A DNA stretch of 54,442 bases, filler included, from Jimgerdemannia flammicorona (lineage: Eukaryota): assembly GCA_003990765.1 (NCBI GenBank). It is 3 parts of 3 records of this genome, joined end to end, with 100 filler letters (N's around TTAATTAATTAA, not from the genome) between each part and the next. Parts side by side here need not be neighbours in the genome. Positions count along the whole stretch, not along the records: positions 1 to 18,085 come from RBNJ01002311.1; positions 18,186 to 36,269 come from RBNJ01002312.1; 1 more part is not named here. One strand, given 5' to 3'. Shown here piece by piece: positions 13,602 through 27,400 of this stretch. Position numbers and translations under genes: made by a program. The notes beneath the pieces were generated by a model. It was not told where the DNA came from. It saw only the letters and a program-made list of their open reading frames with translations, and ran no database searches. Position 1 is the first letter of the stretch; each line of letters opens with the position of its first letter.

Positions 13602-15168
13602 GTCAATAGGCACTAAGTTGCTATATAGTGGGTACTAAGTTCTCCAAGTATATCAGTTTTTCTTCAAGATATATCTCTTAGATCAACTATAAGTTTCTTA
13701 TAAGCAAGTCCTATTGGAGTATCTTTCCAAGGTCTTATGTTCTCAAACTTCTTATCTTTAAACTATTCTGTTGTCTTCTGGATTTACTTGCTTGGAATTA
13801 AGTAGAGGACTAGAACTTCTGTACTCTTGAGTAGTTGGGGACTTAAAGTGTTTGAATACTTGACTACTAACTTTATTTCAAAAGAAATGAGAGGTGTATT
13901 TATATAAAATATAATTCAATGATTGCTAAGTTGTAAATATAAATTTGAGTGTCTGTATAATTGGTTATACAAGATTAGAATACTGGAATAATTTTCAATA
14001 GTTATATAAGATCAGAATACCAGAAGAATTTCAACAGTTATACAAAGAACTCAGAGCAGAATATTCAGAATCCTGAAAACTTCATCTTCATCACTGTCAT
14101 CAAGACTAGAGGTCAGAGACAGGATGTCTTCAAAGAAAATGGGGTTAGCAAATAAATCATCTATTTTATGTATTTCATATGTATATATCACATGTTTCAT
14201 ATATATCAATCAGCAGGATGATGTCATCACTGATAATAACATTATATTTGGTAGTGGCAGGGGAAGCAAAGAGATCAAGGGCTCTCTAATCTATAATATA
14301 TTTCTCCACAAAGTAGGGGACAAAGGTGGGATCTTAAGGGGGTCAAACCTGGATAATGGAGCCTTGGAATATTAAGATTAATCCTTACAGATATGATCTG
14401 AATTATTCTTGTGAATGGGATTCTAGAACTCTTCTACCTTATTACTTTTAAGAGTAATGGGCTTCTATAGCCACTATGGCCTCCATTGTATCTATATAAT
14501 GGGCTGACAATTTCTTGAAGTCTGAGACTCTGGTATACTCCAGGTTGGAGATTGACCAAGTTGTATGCCTGAAGACCTAATAGATCTTTTTGGCTATCCT
14601 CAATTTATATATATCTATAGAGGTAGCATCTTATATCTTTTGGGGACAGGCTTGAGGGAATTCCTAGTAGAGGAGGTTTTCTTTTTCATATTTCTACCAC
14701 ATCTAAAGGCATTTGATAGCAATAGTGATCCTTGTTTCTATTTCACAGCAGTAGAGGATAAAGTGGTAGAGGTCACCAGTACTCAGGTTGAGGCTAGGAG
14801 TCCTTCTGGTATAGGTCCTTATGGCTCTCCTGATATCTTAGAATATTCTTTCTTGAACTGAGAAGTCTTGGTAGTTCCTGGACCTCAAGGTTTGGTAGAT
14901 GGTAGGCATTTTATTTATAGTAAGTCTTTGAACTATTTTGGAATTTTATGAGTCTTATTTGAGTTGCTGCTGCTATGGTTTCTTAGTTCTTCTTTTATAT
15001 TCCTTGAGATGTCTATCTTATGGTTGTGATAACTCATAGTTGGTCATCATTACTTATCTTATAGCCTGGGTGAGTTATGTTATATGATCTTCTTATACTC
15101 TGATCTGGTAACTTATAAGGAAAGACTATCTTCTGTAATGATATCACTATTCTGAGATCATCATTACA
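13602..15168 (-). mobile_element. LTR family 2, 5' LTR (~1.57 kb) of the Gypsy element at left
   Basis: Starts TGTAA on minus at 15168. TATAAATA at ~13897-13904 and AATAAA at 13872-13877. A PBS-like TGGTGATAC follows at ~13593-13601, then gag. Homologous to 37150-38444. Confidence 0.75.
14051..14909 (-). pseudogene. U3-embedded accessory ORF of LTR family 2 (degraded copy)
   Basis: Collinear with the 37400-38203 ORF, with the same ATG context and stop context. Contains stops and at least one frameshift. Confidence 0.7.
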
Positions 15169-16799
15169 ATATATATGCTATAGAAATAATTGTTGTTTTA
15201 GTGACTATCATCAGATTTCTTATATGAGTTAAAACAGAATTATATCACTACAATCAAAAATAACTTTTAAAATATATAACATTCTTAACAGTAATTCCCA
15301 CCATCTACTTAGCTATCCCAAGATATCCTGATTCTATGAAATTCTATTGTTGTCTTCAAAATGAAGAGATAATTACAGTAATAATAATATAGAGAGAGAA
15401 AATAGTGGGCTTAAATGATACAATCAGCCAAATATAACTACAATTGTAACTTGAGAACTAAGGCATCTACCCCAGAATATAAATAATATTATAATTGGAT
15501 ATCTCACCTAGTGCAATTTGTATCTAGGATATCTAGGGCCATCTGATATCTACATCTATGATATCTTACTCTACATCTGTATAAAGATATCTCTTATCTA
15601 TATCTATGATATCTAAGCAATCTACATTAGGACCTATTGACATCTGTACTGACCTCTATGTCTTCTGTTTTGATTTTCATAATTTCAAATTTGAGTAATT
15701 TATAAAATTTAAAAAGATACACAAAAGTTATAAATAAAGCCTTGATAGTAATATATATATATATATTAGTAAAATATCTCCTATACCTCTCTATCACTAT
15801 AATGATTTTCTAAATATTTATCAAAAGAGTAAACATTTTTTTACTCTTCTGGCTAAGATATATACTTCAAAGAATAGAATCAGATGTAATTTCATATAAT
15901 AGAATTAATACTAATAATATGAAAATTTTGTAATTGAGTTATAATACTTATCTGAGTATCAGGATCTTAGCAATTGTTAATTTCAAATTACTGTACATAT
16001 ATCAGATAGTATTTCAGCCTTCTTTGTTCAATAGTAAAGAGTAGATAAATTTATCCAATTTTGAATTTATTAAGTCTATATATTGTGGTGTTGGTTATGT
16101 ATGATGAACTTCGACTTCACGGCTCAATGTATGCTACTTGGTGAAGCGCACGATGTATAACTGAGTGCGTTGGTAATGTTCGCGATGGTTACGGGTCGTT
16201 GGTCACATGATCGGCTCGTTCGATTCATGCGGTATTTGATAACAGGTCATTTGACGATGGCTTAATTGTTTAGTAGATAAGGGCGGCGATTATGCTGGCT
16301 AAGTTTCCTGGTGGCGATTAACTTGGCGGTGAACTTGAATTTATGCGGCGATGACAGGCTTGATGGTCTTGCTCTTTGTGCGGTCAATTAAAGCAGTCTG
16401 TGGTGCAGTAGGTCAGGAAAACGGTTGACGGCTCGCTCGTCCATCTTGTTTAGCTTGAGAGAGTGGGATAACTTGGGTCTTTGGCAGTCATTCGGGTCTT
16501 TGGCAGCGGGTCGGTCTTTGGCTGGGTACCCTTGGGTTTCTGGGTCTTGAATCTCGAATGGTGGTCTCGAATGCGCGGTCCGAATGGTGGTCTGGTCTTG
16601 AATCCTTGGCTGGGTCTCGGGTCTCAAATGGCGGTCGAATTGCGCGGTCCGAATGGCGGTCCGAATGGTGGCGGTCGGGTAATGTTTTCTTTAAACACAA
16701 ACTGACTGAATTGCAGGCGGTTCGTGGTCTTGAATACTTTTTGTGGTGGCAAAATTGGCGGTCTAGTGCGGCTTTCCTTAGCGGCGGGTCTTGAACGTT

Positions 16800-17351
16800 T
16801 TCTTTCTTTCCGTGGCAAGAGAAAATTCTTTAACTCAAACTTCCGAGCAATCCATTGCTCTAGGTTATCTTGTTCTCAGAATTTATCTGGTCTCTTGGAG
16901 GCAGTGTGTTTTCTCTGTAAAACTATCTGGCTTGTGGGCGGTCCGTGGTCTTGAATCCTTGGCTGGGTCTCGGGTCTCGAATGGCAGTCGAATGGCAGCG
17001 GTCAGGTAACGTTTTCTTTCCGTGGCAAGAGAAAATTCTTTAACTCAAACTTCCGAGCGATCCGTTGCTCTAGGTTATCTTGTTCTCAGAATTTATCCGG
17101 TCTCTTGGAGGCAGTGTGTTTTCTCTGTAAAACTATCTGGCTTGTGGGCGGTCCGTGGTCTTGAATCCTTGGCTGGGTCTTGGGTCTCGAATGGCGGTCG
17201 AATGGCGGCGGTCGGGTAACGTTTTCTTTCCGTGGCAAGAGAAAATTCTTTAACTCAAACTTCCGAGCGATCCGTTGCTCTAGGTTATCTTGTTCTCAGA
17301 ATTTATCTGGTCTCTTGGAGGCAGTGTGTTTTCTCTGTAAAACTATCTGGC
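16800..17351. repeat. 210-bp tandem repeat, ~2.6 copies
   Basis: CGTGGCAAGAGAAAATTC recurs at 16811, 17021 and 17231, with near-identical units. Confidence 0.95.
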
Positions 17352-17485
17352 TGAGGTTTATTCACTCTAAGAATATGGGTTATTTATACAAGTTTGCTAG
17401 CTATGAGGGGGTGCGACTAAGGCTAAGGTATACTACGTTGTGGCAAACTTCGCTATGTTATTGGCTTGCATGATGTGAAGGGCTA

Positions 17486-17770
17486 ACTTGCTGACAAGAT
17501 GCTGAAAACAGTTGCACTGGGTAGCAATGCTGGATTCGGTTGTGCTGGGTAGCAATGCTGGATTCGGACTTGCTGACAAAATGCTGAAAACGGTGGTACT
17601 GGGTAGCAACACTGGATTCGGACTTGCTGACAAAATGCTGAAAACGGTTGCACTGGGTAGCAACGCTGGATTTGGTTGTGCTGGGTAGCAACGCTGGATT
17701 CGGACTTGCTGACAAAATGCTGAAAATGGTTGCACTGGGTAGCAATGCTGGATTCGGATGAGCTGACTAA
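17486..17770. repeat. Composite tandem repeat (~54-bp unit with optional ~28-bp subunit)
   Basis: Repeats of ACTTGCTGACAAAATGCTGAAAACGGTTGCACTGGGTAGCAAYGCTGGATTCGG and TTGTGCTGGGTAGCAAYGCTGGATTCGG. Confidence 0.9.
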
Positions 17771-18085
17771 AAGCTTGGTTCTCACGGCTGATAGGCGGTA
17801 CTCTAGAGGGAATAGTACTATTCGTCCGTGGTGGGCAAATCTTGCTGGGTTGCGATTTCTTCTTCATCATATGTATCTCTCCTCAAAAGGGAGAAGCACC
17901 GGCCAAGAGGTGAGGGGGTAGAAAAGTGGCCAGTCATCTTCAATAACATTCTCCAACCCTTGAACAGCTTGAATGCGGACAGAGGACTGGTAGACTCTCT
18001 GTTGCTCCTCTTCTTCTTCTGAAGGCTCGTCAGTTTCAGTGTCAGAGGGGGTTTCCTCAGGGGCAGGGTCTTGGAGTTCTTGGGT

Positions 18086-18185
18086 NNNNNNNNNNNNNNN
18101 NNNNNNNNNNNNNNNNNNNNNNNNNNNNNTTAATTAATTAANNNNNNNNNNNNNNNNNNNNNNNNNNNNNNNNNNNNNNNNNNNN
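18086..18185. other. Artificial contig spacer (N run with TTAATTAATTAA)
   Basis: 100-bp N block with a central six-frame stop linker, identical in design to 36270-36369. Confidence 0.97.
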
Positions 18186-18482
18186 CCCGCAGTCTTTTCC
18201 CTCTCTTTCTCTTCCCCGAAACAGCCACCCCATACTGTGGTTGCACAAGTTTGTTTACGAACGGGCGTCAGCTGCGCTCACCTATTCGAGTCTAACGTGA
18301 GCAAAACCCTCCTCCCCACCACCCTTCCAACAAACACTAGTCCGGACAGACCCTTATTTTTTATACACAGGGCTGACACAGATACTTGCAACACACCTTC
18401 TCCCCCTCCCCCCCCCCCCTCCCAATCCCCCACTCCACAAACATTTCAACGACGGAATAGCTCACTTTCCTCCCGTCGCTGA

Positions 18483-21400
18483 ATGTCTTACAAACCGCGC
18501 GATCGCTCTCACTCGCTTAATGGCACCAATGCGTCTGCCCGCCAAAACACATTGCTGGGCGACGCTGGCGCCGAGGACACGGTGCGCAGCTTCGTATCCA
18601 ACTATGAAGAGGTCCAAAAGAAGTCCCTGACCAAGTGGGTGAACTCCAAGCTCGCCCTTAGCGACCACGTGAACGACATCGGCAACGATCTCAAGGACGG
18701 TAAACGCCTCCTGAAATTACTACAAGCCCTATCCAAGGAAGCGTCACCGAAACCCGAGCGCGCGTCGATGCGCATCCACCAAATCTCAAACGTGGCACGT
18801 GCACTTGAATTTCTCAGCGAGCAGCTCGGGGAGTCACTACCCAATATCGGAACTGAGGATATCGTCAACGGCGATGTAAAGAAAACTCTTGCGTTAATAT
18901 TCTTCATCATGCTTAAGTATCAAATGCAAGGAGTGATGGAAGAACCGTTTAGTCTCGGGGTCATCAGTGTAAGTTCAATTTTTTTTCTTTTTTTTCTTAC
19001 CAACATGAGTTTACTCGGTATCCGATTGTGTCCTGGGAATCTGTGGTTTTGGAGGCACGTCTGCCCTGGTGATTCTACTCGTTTCATGTACTCACCAATT
19101 CGTGCTCACCAATTTGTGCTTGACATTCGCAGGAGGATGATGAAGGCCTAAGAAAGAGAGTTCACAACGCCTCTTCGAAAGGCGACGCGAAATCCGCCCT
19201 CCTGCAATGGGTGCGCATCCAGCTTAGCGACTTCAAGGGCGTGATTCCACCCGTTCAAGATTTCCACCGCGCTTGGCGGTCCGGGCTAGCCTTCTCACTC
19301 CTCATCTTCAGGCACGATCCGTCACTGCTCCCGGACCTGTTCGACATCGAGATTCCCGCGACCCGCCTTAACAACAGGCCGGATAAGTGGCGAGCCAACT
19401 TGAAGCGCGCGTTCGAGGTCGCGCGCGAGCGCATGGGGATACCGGAGCTACTGGATCCGGAGGACCTGGCGGACGTGGACTTCCCCGATGAGCCGTCGGT
19501 GATGATGTACGTGGCCGAGTATCACAAGGTGATGTCCAAGGTGCAGAAGGAGGAGTCGCCGGATATCGCAGCGGAGAAGACGGAGGCGCGGAGGGCGACA
19601 GTAAAGCAATATCAAGCGGTCGTATCGGAGCCGGTGGGAATCCTTGATATAGTAGGACCTGAGGAAGACTTTATGTTCATGGAGGAGGCCATGCAGGATA
19701 TCGAGGAGGATGTTGTGACCGACATGCGTGAACTCGATGTCAAGCCCGTAGAACAGTCGACGATTGTCGAAGAGAAAATTCAAGAGGTCGTGGCCGAGCC
19801 CGTCCAAGAGGTGCATGAGGTAGTCGTCACGAAAAGGGACGGTGATGAGGTGGTGCTGATGACCGGGCCTGTTGAAATTTTGCAACGAGTGACTGAGGCG
19901 GTCGAGGTGCCGACACCGAAACGAGTCGAGGAACCTGCTCCTGCGCCTGCGAAAAAGCCATCTGGCAGAAAAAGCACCTCCATGAACGATGGCGAAAAGG
20001 CAAAGATAAGGAGTGACCTCAATGAGCGTCTGAGGCGGCAACTCGCTGGCGAGCTCCCCCGCGGTGTGCATCCTCTCCTCGATAAATTCTTGGCCGGCGA
20101 AGACGCCATCTTGGCATGGGTCAAAACCGAACGCCATGTGATCGGTACAATCCCCAAGGATGCCACGGCGAAGGACCTGAAGGAGGTCAATCGGATACTC
20201 GGTGTTATCAGCGTGACCGAGGAAGAGTTTGGCGCGAAGGAAGAGATTCGTAAGCAGATGTTGGTGCTCAGGGATGAACTTACGGTCCCGGCCCACGAAA
20301 CCTCGGATGAGTATGTGAAGCTGACTAACGAACAGATTGCTTCCGTCGGTTACCATTACGACAACCTGCGCACCGATCTCAAGTCGTTCCAGGAGCACGT
20401 GGCGGACATCAAATCACGCGCCGGGGCCATCCGCGTGGAACTGGGCGACTTCGCCACCGCCATCTCCGACTTCGAGACCCGCGCCGAGCCCATCCTCCAC
20501 CGCATCCGCGAGCTGCACGACCAGGTGGAGGAGATCCCCCCGTCAAGGTCCGCGTCCTCGCAGTCGCGTGAGGGCAGTGTCTCATCGCGAGCAACGTCGC
20601 CCACAGACGACGGAGAGCGGGATTCGGAACAACCACGCATCCTTCACCCGATCGAGGCCGGCGAGGAGGACCTGGCGATCTACCAGGCGAACTTTGAGGA
20701 GGCGGGGGCAGCGGTGATCGAGTTCAACGAGAACGAATGGCTCATGTTTTCGGAGTACGTCGAGAAGCTGCCCGAAAGCTTGCGGAAGGCCGTTGAAAAC
20801 GAATACAAGACTGTCCTAGACGAGCATACGGAGCTGCAGGAGCTGCTCGAGACGTACGGGCCCAAGCTGGAGGCGTACAAGAGAGGCGTCGAGTTCGCTC
20901 AGGCGACTCTCGCAGCCCGCAACGAGCTCGAATTCATTCAGGCCAAGATGGTGAAAACGACCAACACGGATACAGGGATACAGGATCTAGAGGATCGCGC
21001 CAAGAAGACAAAGGACATGATTGAGGAACTGAAGGTCAAATATGTCGATCTCTTGGATCCTCTGGCTTCTCGTCATGTAATCAAAGAAAGGGTTGAAGGC
21101 GATGAAAAGGATGAAGGAGATGAAAGGGCTGAGACTGAAGGAGCAGTGGAAGCGGAAACGATAGTGGAGGAGCCGACAGAACCAATCTTCACATCGATTA
21201 AGGATCCGGCATATCAAAAGCACTTTGACGATCTCGTGCAGAAGTACGACACTGTACAGGACTGGGTTGAAGAAGTCCGCGTCTGGTTCACCCGCGCCGA
21301 AGATATTCGCGAATGGATTGAGGTACGTATCAACATCCTGGTGGGCAAGCCTGATCTTGACCCGCTCGCTTCTGAATTACCCGCAGTGCTTGAGATAGTG

Positions 21401-24400
21401 GAAAAGATGAATGAGGAACACACTGCCCTGTCGCGTGAGATCGATCAGTTCGACACAGAGGACATGACGCGTTTGCGCGCTCACGTCAAGGAGCTGACTG
21501 GGGCTGATCGTAAGAAGGATCTTAGCCCTGCTGACACCACCACAATCGATATCACGCTCACGACGCTGATGACGCTGGACAAGCTGATGGGCTTGATGAG
21601 GCAGAGGACCTATGATCTCCAGATTTTGACATTGCGCGCCCAATGGGAGGACGATTTCGAGAAGTCGGTAAATTGGGTGGAAACCACGGATGTTGACGTC
21701 GATGCTTTCTTGAAGGGGAAGGCCAGATGGAAACCATACGTTGAGCATGAATTGGTTGAAGGGCACACGTTTGAAGAAGGTGGCACACCCCAGATCACGC
21801 GAGCGAGAAGGCAGGAATTGATCAAGGAGCAGTCGATTCAGACGTTGTTGGCTCTGGAGCGGCAAATTGCGGACTTCGACGCGAATCTCTACACCAACAC
21901 CATGAACTCGTTCCAAGATATTTGTGATGCGTCGTCGAGTGTCGAGGTTCCGGTCTACCTCGAAGAGCGTCAGAGTGGGCTCGAGGAGGATTTCGAGGTC
22001 CTGCACAAGCGAGTCGGCTTCGCTCGTCAGGTCGTCGAACAACATCTGTCGGTCATAGATTTTCTCGATCAGGTCGAGGTGCTCAAGCGCGAGGGCGACA
22101 TACTGCACCAAGACATCATAAATGCAGAACTCGCCGCTAAACCAGGTGACAGCGACAAGGAGTTCACCGAACGTGTCGCCACCTGGCTGGAACGCTCCGT
22201 CCAGCTTGTGACTGGCGTGGCCGCCAGAATCCCCTTCCCGACAGCGCCCAATGAGGAGGATCAGCAGGACAATCTTGAAGCAAACGACGCCATTCGTAGC
22301 GCCATTGGGTCCCGCAAATTGATGCTAGTCTCGTTTGGAGAAAATCTTGATAGCAAGTTGAACACGTACCGGCACGTACTGATGCTACACAAGAAAGCCA
22401 AGGGCTACTTGGAGGATATCTCGAGGCTGAACAACTTGATCGACGAACGGATCAAGGTCGTTAAAAAGGCCAAGGTGGACGTCTTCGTTGCGAAGCTGAA
22501 CCTGGATGAGGACGACTTGATGCGACTGGAGAAAGACCGGGACAGCCAAAACAACAAGTTGAAGTCTCTCGAAGATAACGATCTCGCCAAGTTGCGATCC
22601 AACATTGAGCAGCTAGTGGTTGCCGTTGAGGAAGCGCAGGCGATCTCGGTTGACAAGGACGGGCTGACCGCGTCGCTGAGCGGTCTGGTTGACCATATTG
22701 AGGAACTGCGCGGCGTCATCTCTGCACATTCGGTTGACCTTGATGTACTCGGCCGGCGAATCACATGGGAGAACCAGCATGCCAAGGCAAACCAGTGGGT
22801 GTCGTCGACGTCAAGGAAAGTGTGGGATTTCATTGGCAAGAAAGGGCAGTGGAAACCGAGCGCCGAGAATATGGAGAGGCCGTCGGACTCGGAGAATGCC
22901 GACATCATGCATACATTCACCTCTTTCCAAGATCGTGTGAAAGAATTCGAACAAAAGCAATTGATTCCCGCCGAGGAGGAATTTGACACCCTTACAGAAG
23001 GATTCCTCCTCCTCACGACCGACGGCCTCCCCGAGCATCTCACCAAACGTCAGGCGCAGCTCAAAGACAATTTCGCGCACCTCACCGAGTTAATGAATTA
23101 CACGGATGAAGTAATTGGCCAACGCGCTTTGATGATCGAGTACCTGATCAACGTGCAAGAAGCTCAGCACGAGGGTGAGAAATGTCGCGACGCCATCATC
23201 AAATCCACGAGACGCGTCATGGAGGATGATAACCCGCAATACGAAGATCGCATCAAAGAGAACGAAGAACTGGCGGCCCGATTGTGGGAGGCATATGGTT
23301 CGGTCATGCCGTACCCACCTTGCCCTGATGGTGCTCGTGCAACTCGCCCTACGTCAGAGAACGACAACATCAACCCCAGCATCACAAAGGTCGTGCTGTC
23401 CCGTAAGGAGGCTTTGGAGGCTCTCAGTCGCACGTTGTGGGAGTTAAACAAGGCATACGTGCATTCTGTTGAGTTGAAAGGGTCCGTATACAGTTGCCGT
23501 GACGAAGCCGAGCGTCTCAAGAGTTGGTTGGAGGAGAAAGGGAAAGAGTTGGCGGAGCGAAGGGTTGATGTTTTTGCGGAGACGTTCGAGACCACCCAGG
23601 AAGATGTCGATCACATGTTGGAATTGCACGGCCAATTCGTGAGCGATGTCGACGGATTCGAGGCTGGGGAGGTGATCGACCTGCAGAATAAGCTTCGAGC
23701 GCTTGCCGAAGAGATTCGCGACTCGAACTCTGTCAGCGTCGATAAATCAACAGCGGTCCAAGGTCTCGACGATGTGAGTATGAACTTGAAGATGTTGCAA
23801 TCGCAGCTCGCCAACCATTTGCAGGATTTGGGTGCCCTCGGCAAACGGGTTGAGTTTGAGAGGGAGCTTAGCGAAGGTTTGAGGTTGATGGATATCATGA
23901 ACGACAGGCTCCGAGAGTTTACGAACAAGAAAGACGGATGGCTGGCCAATGACGCCAATGATTCGGACAATATCACTCTTGCCGGCTTGCAAGGGGAGCT
24001 CGAAGACCTCCGCGAGCGTCTAAATGCCTTTGTTGAAGATCCTCTGTACAAAGCACAAACAAAATACGACGAATTCGGCGATTTATGTATTCAACTGGAG
24101 GCCACTTCCGCCACGCCCGATCACATCGACTCGCGAATGAATAAGCTCAACAAATCAGCTGTTCGGCTGCAAGAGGCGCTGGACACTCGATCAAAGGAGT
24201 TGGACGTATTGTCGCAACGCGTCGCTTGGGAGAAGGAGGCTGCGACCGTGTCGCACTGGTGCACGGAGGCTGATATTAATGTGGAATCATTCATCAGAGA
24301 CAAGGCACGTTGGACTCCCGAATGCCCCACCGAGGACCCTGCTGGCCAAGAGGAGGCATTGAAAGCGGAGCTGGCTGAATTGAAACGGCAAGTATTGGAG

Positions 24401-27400
24401 TACGAGGAAGGGGTCATAACGGCAATGCAACACAATTTCGATAACCTGCAGTCGGCCGCGACTGATTTCGGTTCCGCTGTTCTCCCGGAGCATGTTCAAA
24501 GAAAGAAGAGTACAATCTTGAGCAATATCAAGCGACTTCACAGCCAAATTGCATATGCTGAAGATGTTGTCGCTCAGCGAAGCGCTGCCACAGTGTTCGT
24601 CGCTCGTACCATCGATCTCGAAAAAGTGGCGGAGGCGCTGAGAGAGAAATTCTTGGCCGCCTACGGAAAATCGCCTGATCAGTATAAAGAAGTGAAGCAG
24701 TACGACGCGGACGTTGCCGACGTCATCGACCAGCTCGAATCGAAGATCACGTATCCGACACGTTCATATGATGGTCTTTCGCCCAAGTCCAAAGCTGAGG
24801 ATGAAAACGCCAACACGGTGCTTCAAGAGACTGTGAATGCACGTAACTCGCTGTTGAGAGACCTTTCGACTACTCTTCACGCTTTGATCGAGTCCAACGA
24901 AAGATTCTCGCGCCGAAACATGGCAATTCGGTCATACATGAAACAAGCCGATGATGTTCGAGCGTGGATCTTGCCGAAATTAGATGTTGTTCGCAAGGAA
25001 GCTCATGACCATGTGGGCACTCTAAACAGTGTCGAGCATCTAAGAGAGTCTCTCGGCAAAGTCGAAGCCGTGGATGCCGCAGTGAAGGCGTATGGGTTCG
25101 CATATACTTCGCTTAAAATGACAGCCGACAAAATTATCGCAGAGATTGACGCCGAGTCGAAGAAGATCGTTGATGAAGAGCTCGCCAAGGCAACCAAAGA
25201 TTTGACGCTCTTGCACGAGAAACAAACTGAAATCGATAGACTCTGGCAGGAGCTCAGCCAAGAAGCCGATACGACTAAGCGAACCTTATCAGCAATTCTA
25301 CGTCTTGCCGAGTTCATGGACCGCGCCGAAAACCTTTCGATTTCGTGCGACGACTTAATCAAAGAGCTTTCCGCAGCAGACCATACCGTTGTGACGGACG
25401 ACGAATTTGCCAAGTGGCAGCAACATGTCGAAGAGCTGGAGGAGAAGGAGCTTGACGTATTGCAAGCGCAAATCGCATTCGAGAAGACGCAAGAAGAAGG
25501 AGACGGGCTCAAAGGAGAAGACATCGCGACTATGGAATCTAAGCTCGTACAAGCAGAGAAGAAGATGGCCCGACTGATGCAGATCCTGGCGGAGTTGCTG
25601 AAGAACGCGAAGAGGCATCGCATGAGCAAAGCTTACTTCGATGATGCTGCACATCTGGAAGTCCTCATCGCCGAAACTGTCGTTGCGATTGGCGATTGCA
25701 AGCAAGCGAACGGCCTGATCAAGGGTCTCTCTGCTGAGGAAGACAAGCAAACGCACCAGTCGCTATCGAAAGCTGTCAGAGCAATCGAGTTGAACGTGAG
25801 CGATCGCAAGGATCAATTTGACAACCTCTGCTCGTACCACAACTACATCAAGCCGCAAGAGGTTGAGCGTATGGAAGATATTGAAGAGCTGCAGAAAAAG
25901 CTGGAAGAGGATTGGCAAAGACTACAGCTTGCGTTCAACGGGCTCAAGGATTTTGCGGAGAAAGTGGGACGATGGTACGAGTATCACGCAATGGTTCACA
26001 AGGTTGAAGATGAGGTTCTGGTAGGCGTGAAGGCACGTGCGGATGCCCTTGCCACCGCGGGATGGGACGCGTTGGAACCTGAGGTGAATGAGCTCAACAA
26101 GAAGATCAACACTGGCATCTCGATGTTGGCAGACGTACGGATCGCTGCTGACACAATCCAAGTATTGGAAAACGAAAACTTGGAGGTCCAAGACAGGCAA
26201 TTCTTCAACGAGCATCATGAGAGAGCCGCCGCAAACCTCAATGCCCTAGCGGTTTCCTTCCAGGCCCGACTCAAGACCTCTCAAAAGGCGTCAGCCCTCG
26301 CAAACTTCCGTGCCGAAGTAGAGCGGATTCAAGAAGCCTGCCACAACCATGTGGATACGATGAACAACCGACAAGAGGAGTTACGTCGTAGCGCGTATTA
26401 CTCTTACGAGGTAGAAGTTATCGAGAAGACGTTGCGTCAACTGATCGGATCTTACAAAGAGAGCGAGCAAGAATATCAAAACCTCACCAAACTGTACAAT
26501 GGGCGATTGAAGCAAGACGCGGAACGGCTCGTTTCCACCTATGGATTCAATCGCGATAAAGTGAATGAAATCCTCAAGCGCGTCCCTACCGCCTTGGCAG
26601 GTTTTGAGGAAGGGTTGAGTGCTGAACGTCGTCAGACAGATCTCGTCAAAAAGATCTTTGGTCACGCCAAGAGCGCGAGTGATATCCGAAATTGGATGTC
26701 TGGTGCAAGGGTGGCCATCACGAACATTCCCGTGGACAACTACCAATACGACGAAGCTGAGCAGAAGGCTGAAATCGACGACCTTGAGCAAAGATTGGCT
26801 CAGTTTGAACCCACGGTCCTGGCCTTCGGGGGCTTGGCTGCCAAAATCTTTGGTGATGAAACCACGAAGCTGAAACGCGGAGATGGTGTTGCGGCCCCAT
26901 CCGCTAGGGATGCCGTGGAAGAGAAGTCAAAGCGGGTTATGGAGGACTGGGAAGCCCTCAAGGAGCTCTTGGGTTCGTGCAAGGCTCACATCGGTCACGC
27001 TCGCCGTGGCGTAGAAGTTGCAAGGAAGGTAAAGGAGATTATGGTGTTGTTGGGTGACATCAAGGAACACGTCATGAACATCCATTTACCGATGCCTGAG
27101 CAATCCGCCGAGCCCATTTCACCGAATGGATCTGGTCTCTCCAAGCCGCTGTCCAGCATGCCATCTGAGAGCGACGCCGTTGCTGCCGAAGCTGATTTGG
27201 ATCAACTGGAACTCGAGGTTGAGCAACATCTCCAACCAAAAATCAAAGATTTGGACGTTATGATCAGCGGCATGGACGACGAAGATGGCGCTTTCATGAG
27301 ACATCGTGCGGAGATTGCCGAGGCCATGTCAGGATTGATGGCGTTGATGAAGTCAAAGCGTGTACTGATTGTGGAAGCACTGAAGTTGGGCGGGTTCTTA

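Larger units (their letters stand above)
16084..18085 (-). mobile_element. LTR-like element family 3 (3' or solo LTR), truncated by the contig gap
   Basis: On minus: acidic ORF tail, then tandem repeats, TGTATAAATA (17381-17390), AATAAA (~17357-17362), repeat-rich R/U5, and a terminal ...CACCACA at 16084. CpG retained, so probably younger. Confidence 0.55.

Noticed and set aside
18086..18185. TTAATTAATTAA palindrome within N runs (also 36270-36369)
   Set aside because: An assembly or concatenation linker. Adjacency of the three contigs, and any gene-island/TE-border argument, cannot be assumed.
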